DNA of 32,000 nucleotides from Candidatus Nanopusillus sp. (lineage in GTDB: Archaea > Nanobdellota > Nanobdellia > Nanobdellales > Nanobdellaceae), in contig JAPWTW010000002.1 in the NCBI GenBank assembly GCA_028275885.1, positions 30,001 through 62,000 of the forward strand, read 5' to 3'. Both the position numbers and the translations under genes were made by a program. The stretch's first letter is position 1; every line of letters starts with the position of its first letter. Under the pieces are notes generated by a model. The model was given only the letters and a program-made list of their open reading frames with translations. It searched no databases and was not told where the DNA came from. This document shows, piece after piece, positions 24,808 to 32,000 of the stretch.

Positions 24808-25346
24808 TATTTATATAATTTGAAGTAATCTAATATAAAATTCTTTATTTTTTCAGAACTAATATATAAATCTCTTCCAGACATATCTATTAATTTCTTT
24901 TTTCCTCTAACTTTTTCTAAATTATGTTTCATTAAATTTAATACTTTTGAAAATCCAAAACTCAATAAAATTTTTTCAGTTCTACTAGCTTTACTTATAT
25001 CAAAATCTTTAAATTCTTCTACATTATGAGAGCTTTCTATACTTATATCTAAATCACCAACAGATGTATTTATATTATAAGCATTAATTAATATTGTTAA
25101 TTCAATTTTCCAATCAATCTTTGGTTCTTCTTTCCAATAATTTTTGTAAGCTTCCCATTTAGCTTCTACAAATAATAAACCTTCTGGAGTTAATCTATGA
25201 AAATAATATTTTTCATATCTATCTTTTTTAAATATTCCTTCCCATCCATTAGCCTCAAGGAATTTTTTAAACTTTTCATAAAAATCTTGTGGAATAAATT
25301 TTATTTTTGATCTTACTCTTGTTTTATATATTGTTTCCCAGGTCAT
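24804..25346 (-). CDS. hypothetical protein, possible distant paralog of the upstream gene
   Basis: 180 aa. The region DFYEKFKKFLEANGWE...AKWEAYK resembles DFQKFYKSLKEFWDNKGFD...LEWHTEK in the 25343-25828 product. ATGA start/stop overlap at 25343-25346. Confidence 0.55.
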   Translation of the reverse strand: MTWETIYKTRVRSKIKFIPQDFYEKFKKFLEANGWEGIFKKDRYEKYYFHRLTPEGLLFVEAKWEAYKNYWKEEPKIDWKIELTILINAYNINTSVGDLDISIESSHNVEEFKDFDISKASRTEKILLSFGFSKVLNLMKHNLEKVRGKKKLIDMSGRDLYISSEKIKNFILDYFKLYKY

Positions 25347-25828
25347 AACTTAAATGAAGCTGTAAGATCCTTTGCTAAATTTAAAAATTCATCTGCAATT
25401 TTTCCAACATTTTTTTTATGATCTTTTAATTCACTGTCATATAAATATTTTTCAAATAATCCCCTAAGAAATATATTAAATGGCTTATCCCCAAAATATT
25501 TCTGATAATCTGTTATTAGATCTCCATTTATTTTTATATTTAAATTTTCTGCATATTGTTTCATATTGTCAACTAATTTTAAACTATCTACGCTAATAAT
25601 TATATCATAACTATATGTTACATAGTCAGTTATTTTCTTTTCTGTGTGCCACTCTAGATTTATAGATCTGGAACCATCATCTTTTACCTTTTCTTCATGC
25701 TTATTTTCAAGGAAGTCAAATCCTTTATTATCCCAAAATTCTTTCAATGATTTATAGAATTTTTGAAAATCAATTAGTCCGGTATATGAGAATGTTTTAC
25801 CATCAACAATTCTTTCCTTTGGTGGCAT
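25343..25828 (-). CDS. hypothetical protein, first gene of a possible two-gene paralog pair
   Basis: 161-aa ORF with no family recognised. Translationally coupled to the downstream gene. Confidence 0.55.
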   Translation of the reverse strand: MPPKERIVDGKTFSYTGLIDFQKFYKSLKEFWDNKGFDFLENKHEEKVKDDGSRSINLEWHTEKKITDYVTYSYDIIISVDSLKLVDNMKQYAENLNIKINGDLITDYQKYFGDKPFNIFLRGLFEKYLYDSELKDHKKNVGKIADEFLNLAKDLTASFKL

Positions 25829-25843
25829 AATAAATAAAAAAAC

Positions 25844-25851
25844 TTTAATAA
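25844..25851 (+). promoter_or_regulatory. TATA-like box TTTAATAA about 26 bp upstream of the ATG at 25873, inside the near-palindrome CTTTAATAATTAAAAG shared by the divergent genes
   Basis: The divergent spacer is 44 bp. Each flanking ATG lies about 26 bp from one half of the AT palindrome. Confidence 0.3.
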
Positions 25852-25872
25852 TTAAAAGTTAAACCTTTTATA

Positions 25873-26259
25873 ATGTATAGGGTAATATCTTTTTTACAAA
25901 GGTTAAGAGAGAAAAAGGGTTCTATTATAATTGTAGAAGGTAAGAGAGATAAAGAAGTATTAAAAGAATTTGGATTTAATAATGTATATACAATATATGA
26001 ATTAAGAAAGAATGATAATATATCCTTAAATTATAGAGAGGCAATTATATTAACAGATAATGATAATAAAGGGAAAATTTTATATAAATATGTAAGAAAT
26101 TTATTAGAATCTGATGGAATAATTGTAAATGATATTGAAAGGAAAAAATTCTTTAAATATTTTAGGGTAAAGAGTGTCGAAGATTTAAGAAAGCATATTG
26201 AGGAAATAAAATTCTATATTAATTATTTTGAGAATCCTGAGAAGATTTTATACTTTTAA
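25873..26259 (+). CDS. small Toprim-domain protein (RNase M5/primase-like, COG1658-type)
   Basis: IIIVEGKRDKEVLKEFG (Toprim Glu) and AIILTDNDNKGKILY (the DxD motif). Confidence 0.75.
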   Translation: MYRVISFLQRLREKKGSIIIVEGKRDKEVLKEFGFNNVYTIYELRKNDNISLNYREAIILTDNDNKGKILYKYVRNLLESDGIIVNDIERKKFFKYFRVKSVEDLRKHIEEIKFYINYFENPEKILYF

Positions 26260-27610
26260 TTTTTTTAATTGGATATGATAAAGGGTTTTTAATTAATGAA
26301 CAAATATTATCTGGGGTACATACTCCAATATCTTTATAATATATTTCATTATTGCAATTTGGTGTTAAATATTTTTTATTATTTTTATATAATTTTTTAT
26401 GCCATTCTAATTGATATTCTATATATCTATCCTTTAATGGATCTTGCAAATTTTCATTCCACTCTTTTATATATCTTTCAATTTTATCCCAATTCCATCC
26501 AATATTTGCAAAGAAATTTATTAATATAAATAAAGATCTTTTTCTTCCATCATCCATTTCTTTATTATTCAATATATTTTTTATACATGGAGGGAATAAA
26601 TCTTCATTTATTTCTATTTTTCTTTTCTTTATTTCTTCTATATCTTTTTTTGCCTCTTCAATCCATTCTTTATTTTTATAATTTTCTGCTAATTGGCTAA
26701 ACTTTATTACCTCAAATTCATTTTTTATTTTCCATAGTAATGAATCATTAATTAATTTTCTTAATTCTTTAGATTCTTTTCTTTCTAAATCTTCGGTTAA
26801 ATATGGTATACCTTCATATGAATAATTATTTATATTAGAATCTTCAGGATTTAATTTTTCTATATAATTTTCTTTTATTGGTATAGATAAATTTCCTGTT
26901 TTTTCATTTATTGAATATAGACATCTAATCAAATGTCTTGATGATATTAATATTGTATCTATTTCAATTATATCATATGGATTTAATTTTTCTATATCAT
27001 TTACTCCATATTCTTTCAATTCACCTTCACTAAATTTTAATAATATTATTTTCTTTAATTTCTCTTCTATTTCCTTTGATATATATAATGCTAATATCCT
27101 TGCAAGATCTGGAAATAATTTCCTTGTTTCTTCTTCTACAAGATTATCCTTTTTGTATATATTTATTGTTTCTGGAAATATTTCCCATGGGATTGCTATA
27201 TGGAATCCTTTTCCTCCAGAATATTTTATATAAATTGGTTTAATATTTTTTTCTTTTAAATAATCAAAAATAATTCTTGCAGCAACTTTTGATAAATCTA
27301 AAGATTTTGCATCTATATCTATTATAAAATCCCATCCCAATCTATATTCATTTAAATCTTTTTTTGAAACTTTCTCACTCAAAATATTTAAATCAATCCA
27401 TCTTTCAATTGATATATGAAATGAAATAGCACCCTTTTTAATATAATTTATTATATCATCTTTTGTTTCTATTTTTGATGGTCTATGTCCAAAATTATTA
27501 TTTGATAATAAATATCCAACTTCCCTATTTTGTGAAATTTTTACCATATCTTCTAAAATTTCTTTATTATTTTGATAGAATTTAATTAAATTATTTACCA
27601 TTATACTCAT
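26219..27610 (-). CDS. priS: DNA primase, single-chain fusion of the PriS catalytic core with a PriL-like C-terminal Fe-S domain
   Basis: PriS motifs: REVGY..., GWDFIIDIDA (catalytic DxD), YSGGKGFHIAIPW, SSRHLIRCLYSINEKTG. C-terminal module: LFPPC(342)...RKRSLF...TPNC(419)...GVC(431)TPDNIC(437)...NPL has four Cys, as in the PriL-CTD 4Fe-4S domain. Confidence 0.8.
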   Translation of the reverse strand: MSIMVNNLIKFYQNNKEILEDMVKISQNREVGYLLSNNNFGHRPSKIETKDDIINYIKKGAISFHISIERWIDLNILSEKVSKKDLNEYRLGWDFIIDIDAKSLDLSKVAARIIFDYLKEKNIKPIYIKYSGGKGFHIAIPWEIFPETINIYKKDNLVEEETRKLFPDLARILALYISKEIEEKLKKIILLKFSEGELKEYGVNDIEKLNPYDIIEIDTILISSRHLIRCLYSINEKTGNLSIPIKENYIEKLNPEDSNINNYSYEGIPYLTEDLERKESKELRKLINDSLLWKIKNEFEVIKFSQLAENYKNKEWIEEAKKDIEEIKKRKIEINEDLFPPCIKNILNNKEMDDGRKRSLFILINFFANIGWNWDKIERYIKEWNENLQDPLKDRYIEYQLEWHKKLYKNNKKYLTPNCNNEIYYKDIGVCTPDNICSLIKNPLSYPIKKIKSIKSSQDSQNN

Positions 27611-27646
27611 AATAATTTTTTATTGCAAAAAAATAAAAATTACAAA

Positions 27647-27666
27647 GATTTATAAAAATTTATAAA
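27647..27666 (+). promoter_or_regulatory. tandem 10-bp repeat ATTTATAAAA x2, each copy a TATA-box consensus, upstream of rpo7
   Basis: 27647-27656 is identical to 27657-27666. The first copy is centred about 28 bp upstream of the ATG at 27679. Confidence 0.35.
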
Positions 27667-27678
27667 ATCATTCTAATA

Positions 27679-28224
27679 ATGTTTTATGAAATTCAAATAT
27701 ATGATGTAGTAAGAGTACCACCAAATGAAATAACAGATAATGTAAATGAAATGATAGAAAAAATATTATTAAATAATTATGTTGGAATGGGTGGAAAAGA
27801 ATATGGAATAATTGTAACAATAAAATCTATAGATGAAATATCTGAAGGTATAATGGTTTTTGAAGATGGAGGGGTATATTATAAAGTGAAATTTACTGCA
27901 ATTTCATATTTACCAATTATTTCTGAATTAACATATGGATTTGTGTCATCTATAACAGAATTTGGGGCTTTTATAAATATAGGACCTATAGATGCATTGG
28001 TTCATATTTCTCAAATAATGGATGATGAAGTATCAGTTTCTGGAAAGGAGGCTTTAGTTGGAAAAAATAGTAGAAGAGTATTAAAAGTAAATGACATGGT
28101 AAAAGCAAGAATAATTACAGTAAGTTATAAGGGTGTATCAAATGTAAGAATTGCAATGACAATGAAACAACCAGGATTGGGAAAATTGGAATGGCTTGAA
28201 CAAAAGAAAAAATCTAGTAAATAA
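27679..28224 (+). CDS. rpo7: DNA-directed RNA polymerase subunit Rpo7 (E')
   Basis: MFYEIQIYDVVRVPPNE start, followed by an S1 domain (GFVSSITEFGAFINIGPIDALVHISQI). Confidence 0.9.
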   Translation: MFYEIQIYDVVRVPPNEITDNVNEMIEKILLNNYVGMGGKEYGIIVTIKSIDEISEGIMVFEDGGVYYKVKFTAISYLPIISELTYGFVSSITEFGAFINIGPIDALVHISQIMDDEVSVSGKEALVGKNSRRVLKVNDMVKARIITVSYKGVSNVRIAMTMKQPGLGKLEWLEQKKKSSK

Positions 28225-28427
28225 TGGCATATAGAAAACCAAAAAGAAAGATTTGTAGAAATTGTAAAGCAATAATTGATAAAGATGTAGATAGATGTCC
28301 ATATTGTGGTTCTACAGATTTATCTGAAGATTATTCTGGATTTATTATAATTGTAAATCAGAATAATTCTGAATTTTCTAAAAAATTAAATTTAAAAGAA
28401 GGTAAGTGGGCAATAAGGGTATTATAA
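28224..28427 (+). CDS. spt4: transcription elongation factor Spt4 (RpoE'')
   Basis: Zinc ribbon CRNC...CPYCGS followed by S.DYSGFIIIV. Conserved position after rpo7. Confidence 0.85.
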   Translation: MAYRKPKRKICRNCKAIIDKDVDRCPYCGSTDLSEDYSGFIIIVNQNNSEFSKKLNLKEGKWAIRVL

Positions 28428-28428
28428 G

Positions 28429-30141
28429 ATGGATATAAATAAATTAATAAAAAAATGGATTTTATATAATAAATATAAATATGGAAATGTAGATTTAAAT
28501 TCTGTTGTATCAAAAATAGTATATGAAAATCCAGATTTAAAGAAAAATATAAAAGAAATAATTCCAAAAGTAAAAGAAGAAATAAATAACTTAATTAATA
28601 TATCTAGAGAAGAAGCTTATAATATATTATTAAAAGAATATCCAGAATTATTAGAAGAAAAGAAAAAAGATGAAAGAAAAGGATTGCCAACATTAAAGAA
28701 TGCAATAGAAGGTAAAGTTAGGACAAGATTTGCTCCAAATCCCTCAGGATATTTACATATAGGTCATGCAAGAGCAATTATATTGAATTATGAATATGCA
28801 AAAATGTATAAGGGAAAATTTATATTAAGGATTGAAGATACTGATCCAAAGGTTAAAAAGCCAGATCCAGATGTATATGAATCAATAATGGAAGATGTTG
28901 AATGGTTAATAAATGATAAAGTAGATGAATTTTATATACAATCAGAAAGATTAGATATATATTATAAATATATAAAGGAATTAATTGAAAAAGGATTTGC
29001 GTATGTGGATCTTTCTTCAAAGGAAATAATATCAAAATATAGAATGGAAGGAATTCCTACAGAATATAGATTGAAAGAACCTGAATGGCATTTAGAACAG
29101 TTTGAAAAAATGTTAAATGGATATTATGAAGAAGAAAAGGCGGTAATAAGGATTAAAACTGATCTAAATCATCCAAATCCATCTGTAAGAGATTGGATTG
29201 CATTTAGAATTGTTGATCCAAATAAAAATCCTCATCCATATTTATTAAAAAAATATGGAAAAAATTATGTAGAAAGATATTGGTTATGGCCGACATATAA
29301 TTTTTCTGTATCTATAGACGATCATTTAATGGGAATAACACATGTTTTAAGAATGAAGGAACATGAAGTAAATACATATAAACAAAAATATATTTATGAA
29401 TATTTTGATTGGGAATTTCCAACAGTAATAAATTATGGAGCATTATTAGTAAAAGATTTACCATTGCATAAATCTGAAATAAGAAAATTAATAAAGGAAG
29501 GAAAAATATCTGGATGGGATGATCCATTTTTACCAACATTAAAAGGATTGAAAAGAAGAGGAATTGATAGAGAAGCAATAAGAAAATATATTTTAGAAAT
29601 AGGCCCAAATCCTGTAGATGTAATTATAAATTGGGATAAAATATATACATATAATAGAGAGATATATGATAAAAAGGCTAAAAGATTTTTTATAATAAGA
29701 GATCCAATAAAAGTTATAATAAATGATTTACCATTAAATAAAATAATAAAAGTTAAAAATCATCCAGAAGTAGATTTAGGATATAGGGAATTTATAATAA
29801 AGTCTAATATAATTTATATAGATAGAAATGATATAAATAATAAGTATTTAAGATTATTTGAAGGATTTAATATTGAAATAATAGATAAAAAGGATGATTA
29901 TGTTATTGCTAAATATTTATCAGATAGTATAGAAGATGCGAAAAAATTGAATGCAAAAATTGTCCAATGGATACCTGAAGAATATAAGATTAATATAAAA
30001 ATATGGGAAAAAGATGGTATAATAAATGTAATTGCTGAAAAATATGTATTAGAGTTAACAAAAGATGGAGAAATAATTCATGGAATAAGGTATGGATTCT
30101 TTAAGAGAGAAAAAGATTATTTAATATATATGCATAAATAA
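28429..30141 (+). CDS. gltX: glutamyl-tRNA synthetase (archaeal GlxRS type)
   Basis: RFAPNPSGYLHIGHARAIILNYEYAK...FILRIEDTDP is the class I GluRS/GlnRS catalytic core. Confidence 0.9.
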   Translation: MDINKLIKKWILYNKYKYGNVDLNSVVSKIVYENPDLKKNIKEIIPKVKEEINNLINISREEAYNILLKEYPELLEEKKKDERKGLPTLKNAIEGKVRTRFAPNPSGYLHIGHARAIILNYEYAKMYKGKFILRIEDTDPKVKKPDPDVYESIMEDVEWLINDKVDEFYIQSERLDIYYKYIKELIEKGFAYVDLSSKEIISKYRMEGIPTEYRLKEPEWHLEQFEKMLNGYYEEEKAVIRIKTDLNHPNPSVRDWIAFRIVDPNKNPHPYLLKKYGKNYVERYWLWPTYNFSVSIDDHLMGITHVLRMKEHEVNTYKQKYIYEYFDWEFPTVINYGALLVKDLPLHKSEIRKLIKEGKISGWDDPFLPTLKGLKRRGIDREAIRKYILEIGPNPVDVIINWDKIYTYNREIYDKKAKRFFIIRDPIKVIINDLPLNKIIKVKNHPEVDLGYREFIIKSNIIYIDRNDINNKYLRLFEGFNIEIIDKKDDYVIAKYLSDSIEDAKKLNAKIVQWIPEEYKINIKIWEKDGIINVIAEKYVLELTKDGEIIHGIRYGFFKREKDYLIYMHK

Positions 30142-30170
30142 TTTTTAAATGAAATTTATAATATATAAAA

Positions 30171-30527
30171 ATGGTTAGTGAAGAAGAAATTGCATCAAAG
30201 TATGAAGAGTTTGAAAATTTAAGACAAGCATATTTATTAATAGAAAATAAAAGACAGAAGGTTTTACAAGATTTAGCTGAGACAGAAAATGCATTAAAAG
30301 AATTATCAAACTTACCAGATAATAAAAAGGTTTATTATATGATAGGAAATATATTAATAGAAAAAGATAAAAAAGAACTGATAAATAAGTTAAATGAAGA
30401 TAAAGAAATATTAAAGGTTGAAGCTGAAAAGTTAAAAAAACAGTCTGAGATATATAAAGAAAAATTAAATTCTTTAACGAATGAATTAAATGATTTATTA
30501 AAGAGATCTAATTTACAATCTAAATAG
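30171..30527 (+). CDS. pfdB: prefoldin subunit beta
   Basis: 118 aa in a coil, beta-hairpin, coil layout (KVYYMIGNILIEKDKKEL in the centre). Confidence 0.8.
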   Translation: MVSEEEIASKYEEFENLRQAYLLIENKRQKVLQDLAETENALKELSNLPDNKKVYYMIGNILIEKDKKELINKLNEDKEILKVEAEKLKKQSEIYKEKLNSLTNELNDLLKRSNLQSK

Positions 30528-30596
30528 ATAATATCATAAAAGATAATCAAAAATATTAACCAAAGGCATAAAAATGATAGAAAAATATATATTTAT

Positions 30597-30986
30597 ATGG
30601 TATTAGGAAACATATTTAAGTCAAAGAAGAAAGAAGCTTCTGATCAGTATGTAGAGGTAATACCTACTCAGAAGGCTGAGGAGGTAAAGATTTATGTTAG
30701 AGTATTTAGGATAAAAGATCCATCAGAAGTTAAGGCTGTTGTAGACTCTCTAAGGGAAAGAAATTATATAGTATTTGTAGATATATCAGGATTAAATGTA
30801 GACAAAGATCTTGTAGAAGTAAAGAAAGTTGTGTCTAGAATAAAATCTGTTGTAGATGCAATTGGTGGAGATATAGTTGCTGTAAATAAAGATTGGATTA
30901 TTGCTACACCACCATATGTAAGGATTTGGAGAAGACATCAAATGTCTTCTATTGAAGAAGTAAAACAAGAAAATCTGCAATCTTAA
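30597..30986 (+). CDS. sepF: cell division protein SepF-like (DUF552)
   Basis: VRVFRIKDPSEVKAVVDSLRERNYIVFVDISGL...VVDAIGGDIVAVNKDWIIATPPYVRI matches the SepF core. Confidence 0.75.
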   Translation: MVLGNIFKSKKKEASDQYVEVIPTQKAEEVKIYVRVFRIKDPSEVKAVVDSLRERNYIVFVDISGLNVDKDLVEVKKVVSRIKSVVDAIGGDIVAVNKDWIIATPPYVRIWRRHQMSSIEEVKQENLQS

Positions 30987-31471
30987 TATATTTTTGATAA
31001 TCCTTTTTCATCTTCTATTATTATAGTTAATTCTTTTTTATTATTTAATACGTCTTCTATATAATTTATTTTTTCTATTATTTTATTATATTTTTCTTTA
31101 TCATCAAAATATAATATCTTAAAGCTTTCTAAGTTATTTTTTATATTCATTAGAAAATCATCTATCGTTCTAATTTCAAATTTCGATTCAATACCAGGAG
31201 TTATTTCTATTTCAATTTCTTTTAAAATTACCTTTGCATAAGGAGATTTTAAAAGTAACTTTCTTGTTTTTTCTATATTATCTATTTTATATTCTATTTT
31301 TATATAACCCTTATCTTCTAATGGTATTATTTCAAATGTTTTATAGTTGCAAGAATTACATTTAAATACATAAAGTAATGACTTACCTAATTCTGGAAAA
31401 TCATATTCAATTGTTTTTACTTCAATATCCTTTGAATTACAAATTGGACAATAATCTGTTAAGATTATCAT
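30983..31471 (-). CDS. ZPR1-type zinc-finger protein (COG1779-like)
   Basis: CPICNS...(about 25 aa)...CNSCNYK, followed by a beta-rich domain. Part of the conserved archaeal L37Ae/RpoP/Pcc1 neighbourhood. Confidence 0.7.
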   Translation of the reverse strand: MIILTDYCPICNSKDIEVKTIEYDFPELGKSLLYVFKCNSCNYKTFEIIPLEDKGYIKIEYKIDNIEKTRKLLLKSPYAKVILKEIEIEITPGIESKFEIRTIDDFLMNIKNNLESFKILYFDDKEKYNKIIEKINYIEDVLNNKKELTIIIEDEKGLSKIY

Positions 31472-31637
31472 ATATTTTTAATAATCTAAATATTAAGTTC
31501 ATCTGAGCTCTTACCTTCGATATATCTTTTTTATCAATTATTATACTATTATTTTTAATTTTTATTCCTTCTTGAGATTCCAAAAATTTCAGTATATCTT
31601 TTAAATCTTTATCTTCAATATTAATTATTATTTTCAT
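31437..31637 (-). CDS. pcc1: KEOPS complex subunit Pcc1-like
   Basis: IIIDKKDISKVRAQMNLIFRLLKI parallels the Pcc1 signature (IILDIKATDSSALRGTVNSYLRWIKA in P. furiosus). Size and neighbourhood also fit. Confidence 0.55.
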   Translation of the reverse strand: MKIIINIEDKDLKDILKFLESQEGIKIKNNSIIIDKKDISKVRAQMNLIFRLLKIYDNLNRLLSNL

Positions 31638-31774
31638 ACAGCTTTTATTTTTTTAATTGTATTTGGTCTTAATTTTACTAATATTTTTGATCCACAATAT
31701 ATACATTTAACTTTTTTTAATGCAGTTTCTCCATCTATTATTCTTTTACAATTTATACAAATATATTGGGTCAT
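31634..31774 (-). CDS. rpoP: DNA-directed RNA polymerase subunit P (Rpo12/RpoP), 46 aa, below the ORF-track cutoff
   Basis: Minus-strand ORF MTQYICINCKRIIDGETALKKVKCIYCGSKILVKLRPNTIKKIKAV. Zinc ribbon CxxC...CxxCG followed by ILxKxR. ATGA overlaps with both flanking genes. Confidence 0.8.
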   Translation of the reverse strand: MTQYICINCKRIIDGETALKKVKCIYCGSKILVKLRPNTIKKIKAV

Positions 31775-31989
31775 TGTATACTATAAGCTTTTCCAGTAAA
31801 TTTTTTGCCACAATGTGTACAATACCATATTCCATAAGATAATCTCTTTACTGATATATTATTACAAAATGGACATTTTATTTTTTTATTTTTATATTTT
31901 TTCTCAATCTCAGCCAAATTTTCTCTTATTCTTTTTCCATATCTGGAACCAAATCTTGCAGCAGGACCTAATAATTTAGTATGACTCAT
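31771..31989 (-). CDS. rpl37ae: 50S ribosomal protein L37Ae (eL43)
   Basis: GPAARFGSRYGKRIR...CPFC...YGIWYCTHCGKKFTGKAY is the eL43 pattern. Confidence 0.9.
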   Translation of the reverse strand: MSHTKLLGPAARFGSRYGKRIRENLAEIEKKYKNKKIKCPFCNNISVKRLSYGIWYCTHCGKKFTGKAYSIQ

Positions 31990-32000
31990 AATTTACATAT

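Noticed and set aside
30597-30986. sepF looks more GC-rich (about 34% in the first 130 nt, counted by hand) and uses more AAG/GAG codons than its neighbours, which could suggest horizontal transfer.
   Set aside because: Other conserved genes (fen core, S17, L14) show similar local GC elevation, driven by amino-acid composition (V, G, A, R). AAG use is not exclusive to this gene. The evidence for foreign origin is insufficient without a genome-wide codon analysis.
1-32000. I searched for CRISPR arrays, transposases, integrases, att-like duplicates of the tRNA 3' ends and known defence genes.
   Set aside because: I saw no regularly spaced repeats, no recombinase or transposase motifs, and no duplicated tRNA fragments flanking 6180-14045. 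The only toxin-like gene is the broken PIN domain.

Overview
Very AT-rich window (about 25% GC by eye), densely packed and archaeal. I could assign about 45 protein genes. Most are information-processing housekeeping genes: FEN-1, AlaX, SecY, TrpRS, GluRS, TruD, Pth2, the RNase P protein Rpp21, Rpo7, Spt4, RpoP, prefoldin beta, Pcc1, SepF and 12 ribosomal proteins. There are also 2 tRNAs (Ala-CGC, Ser-CGA), a 5S rRNA and two canonical C/D box sRNAs that the ORF track cannot show. The structural RNAs are GC-rich islands, which suggests a thermophile. A single-chain PriS-PriL primase, broken ribosomal-protein operons and loss of adk/cmk point to a Nanoarchaeota-like reduced genome; this is inference. 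I found no CRISPR array, transposase, integrase or recognisable defence system. The best candidate for something undescribed is the co-directional pair at 9080-12832. It consists of a 560-aa orphan protein followed by a 681-aa endonuclease IV-like TIM barrel split by an insertion of about 300 aa. Other points of interest: a translationally coupled pair of possibly paralogous unknown proteins (24804-25828); a PIN/VapC pseudogene broken by a perfect 14-bp tandem duplication; a second decayed gene on the other side of alaX; a phosphorylase homolog with Arg at the PLP-lysine position; a DJ-1/PfpI homolog lacking the nucleophile Cys; and TATA-like boxes about 26 bp upstream of start codons and mature RNA 5' ends. 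All homology calls come from reading motifs by eye. No searches were run.
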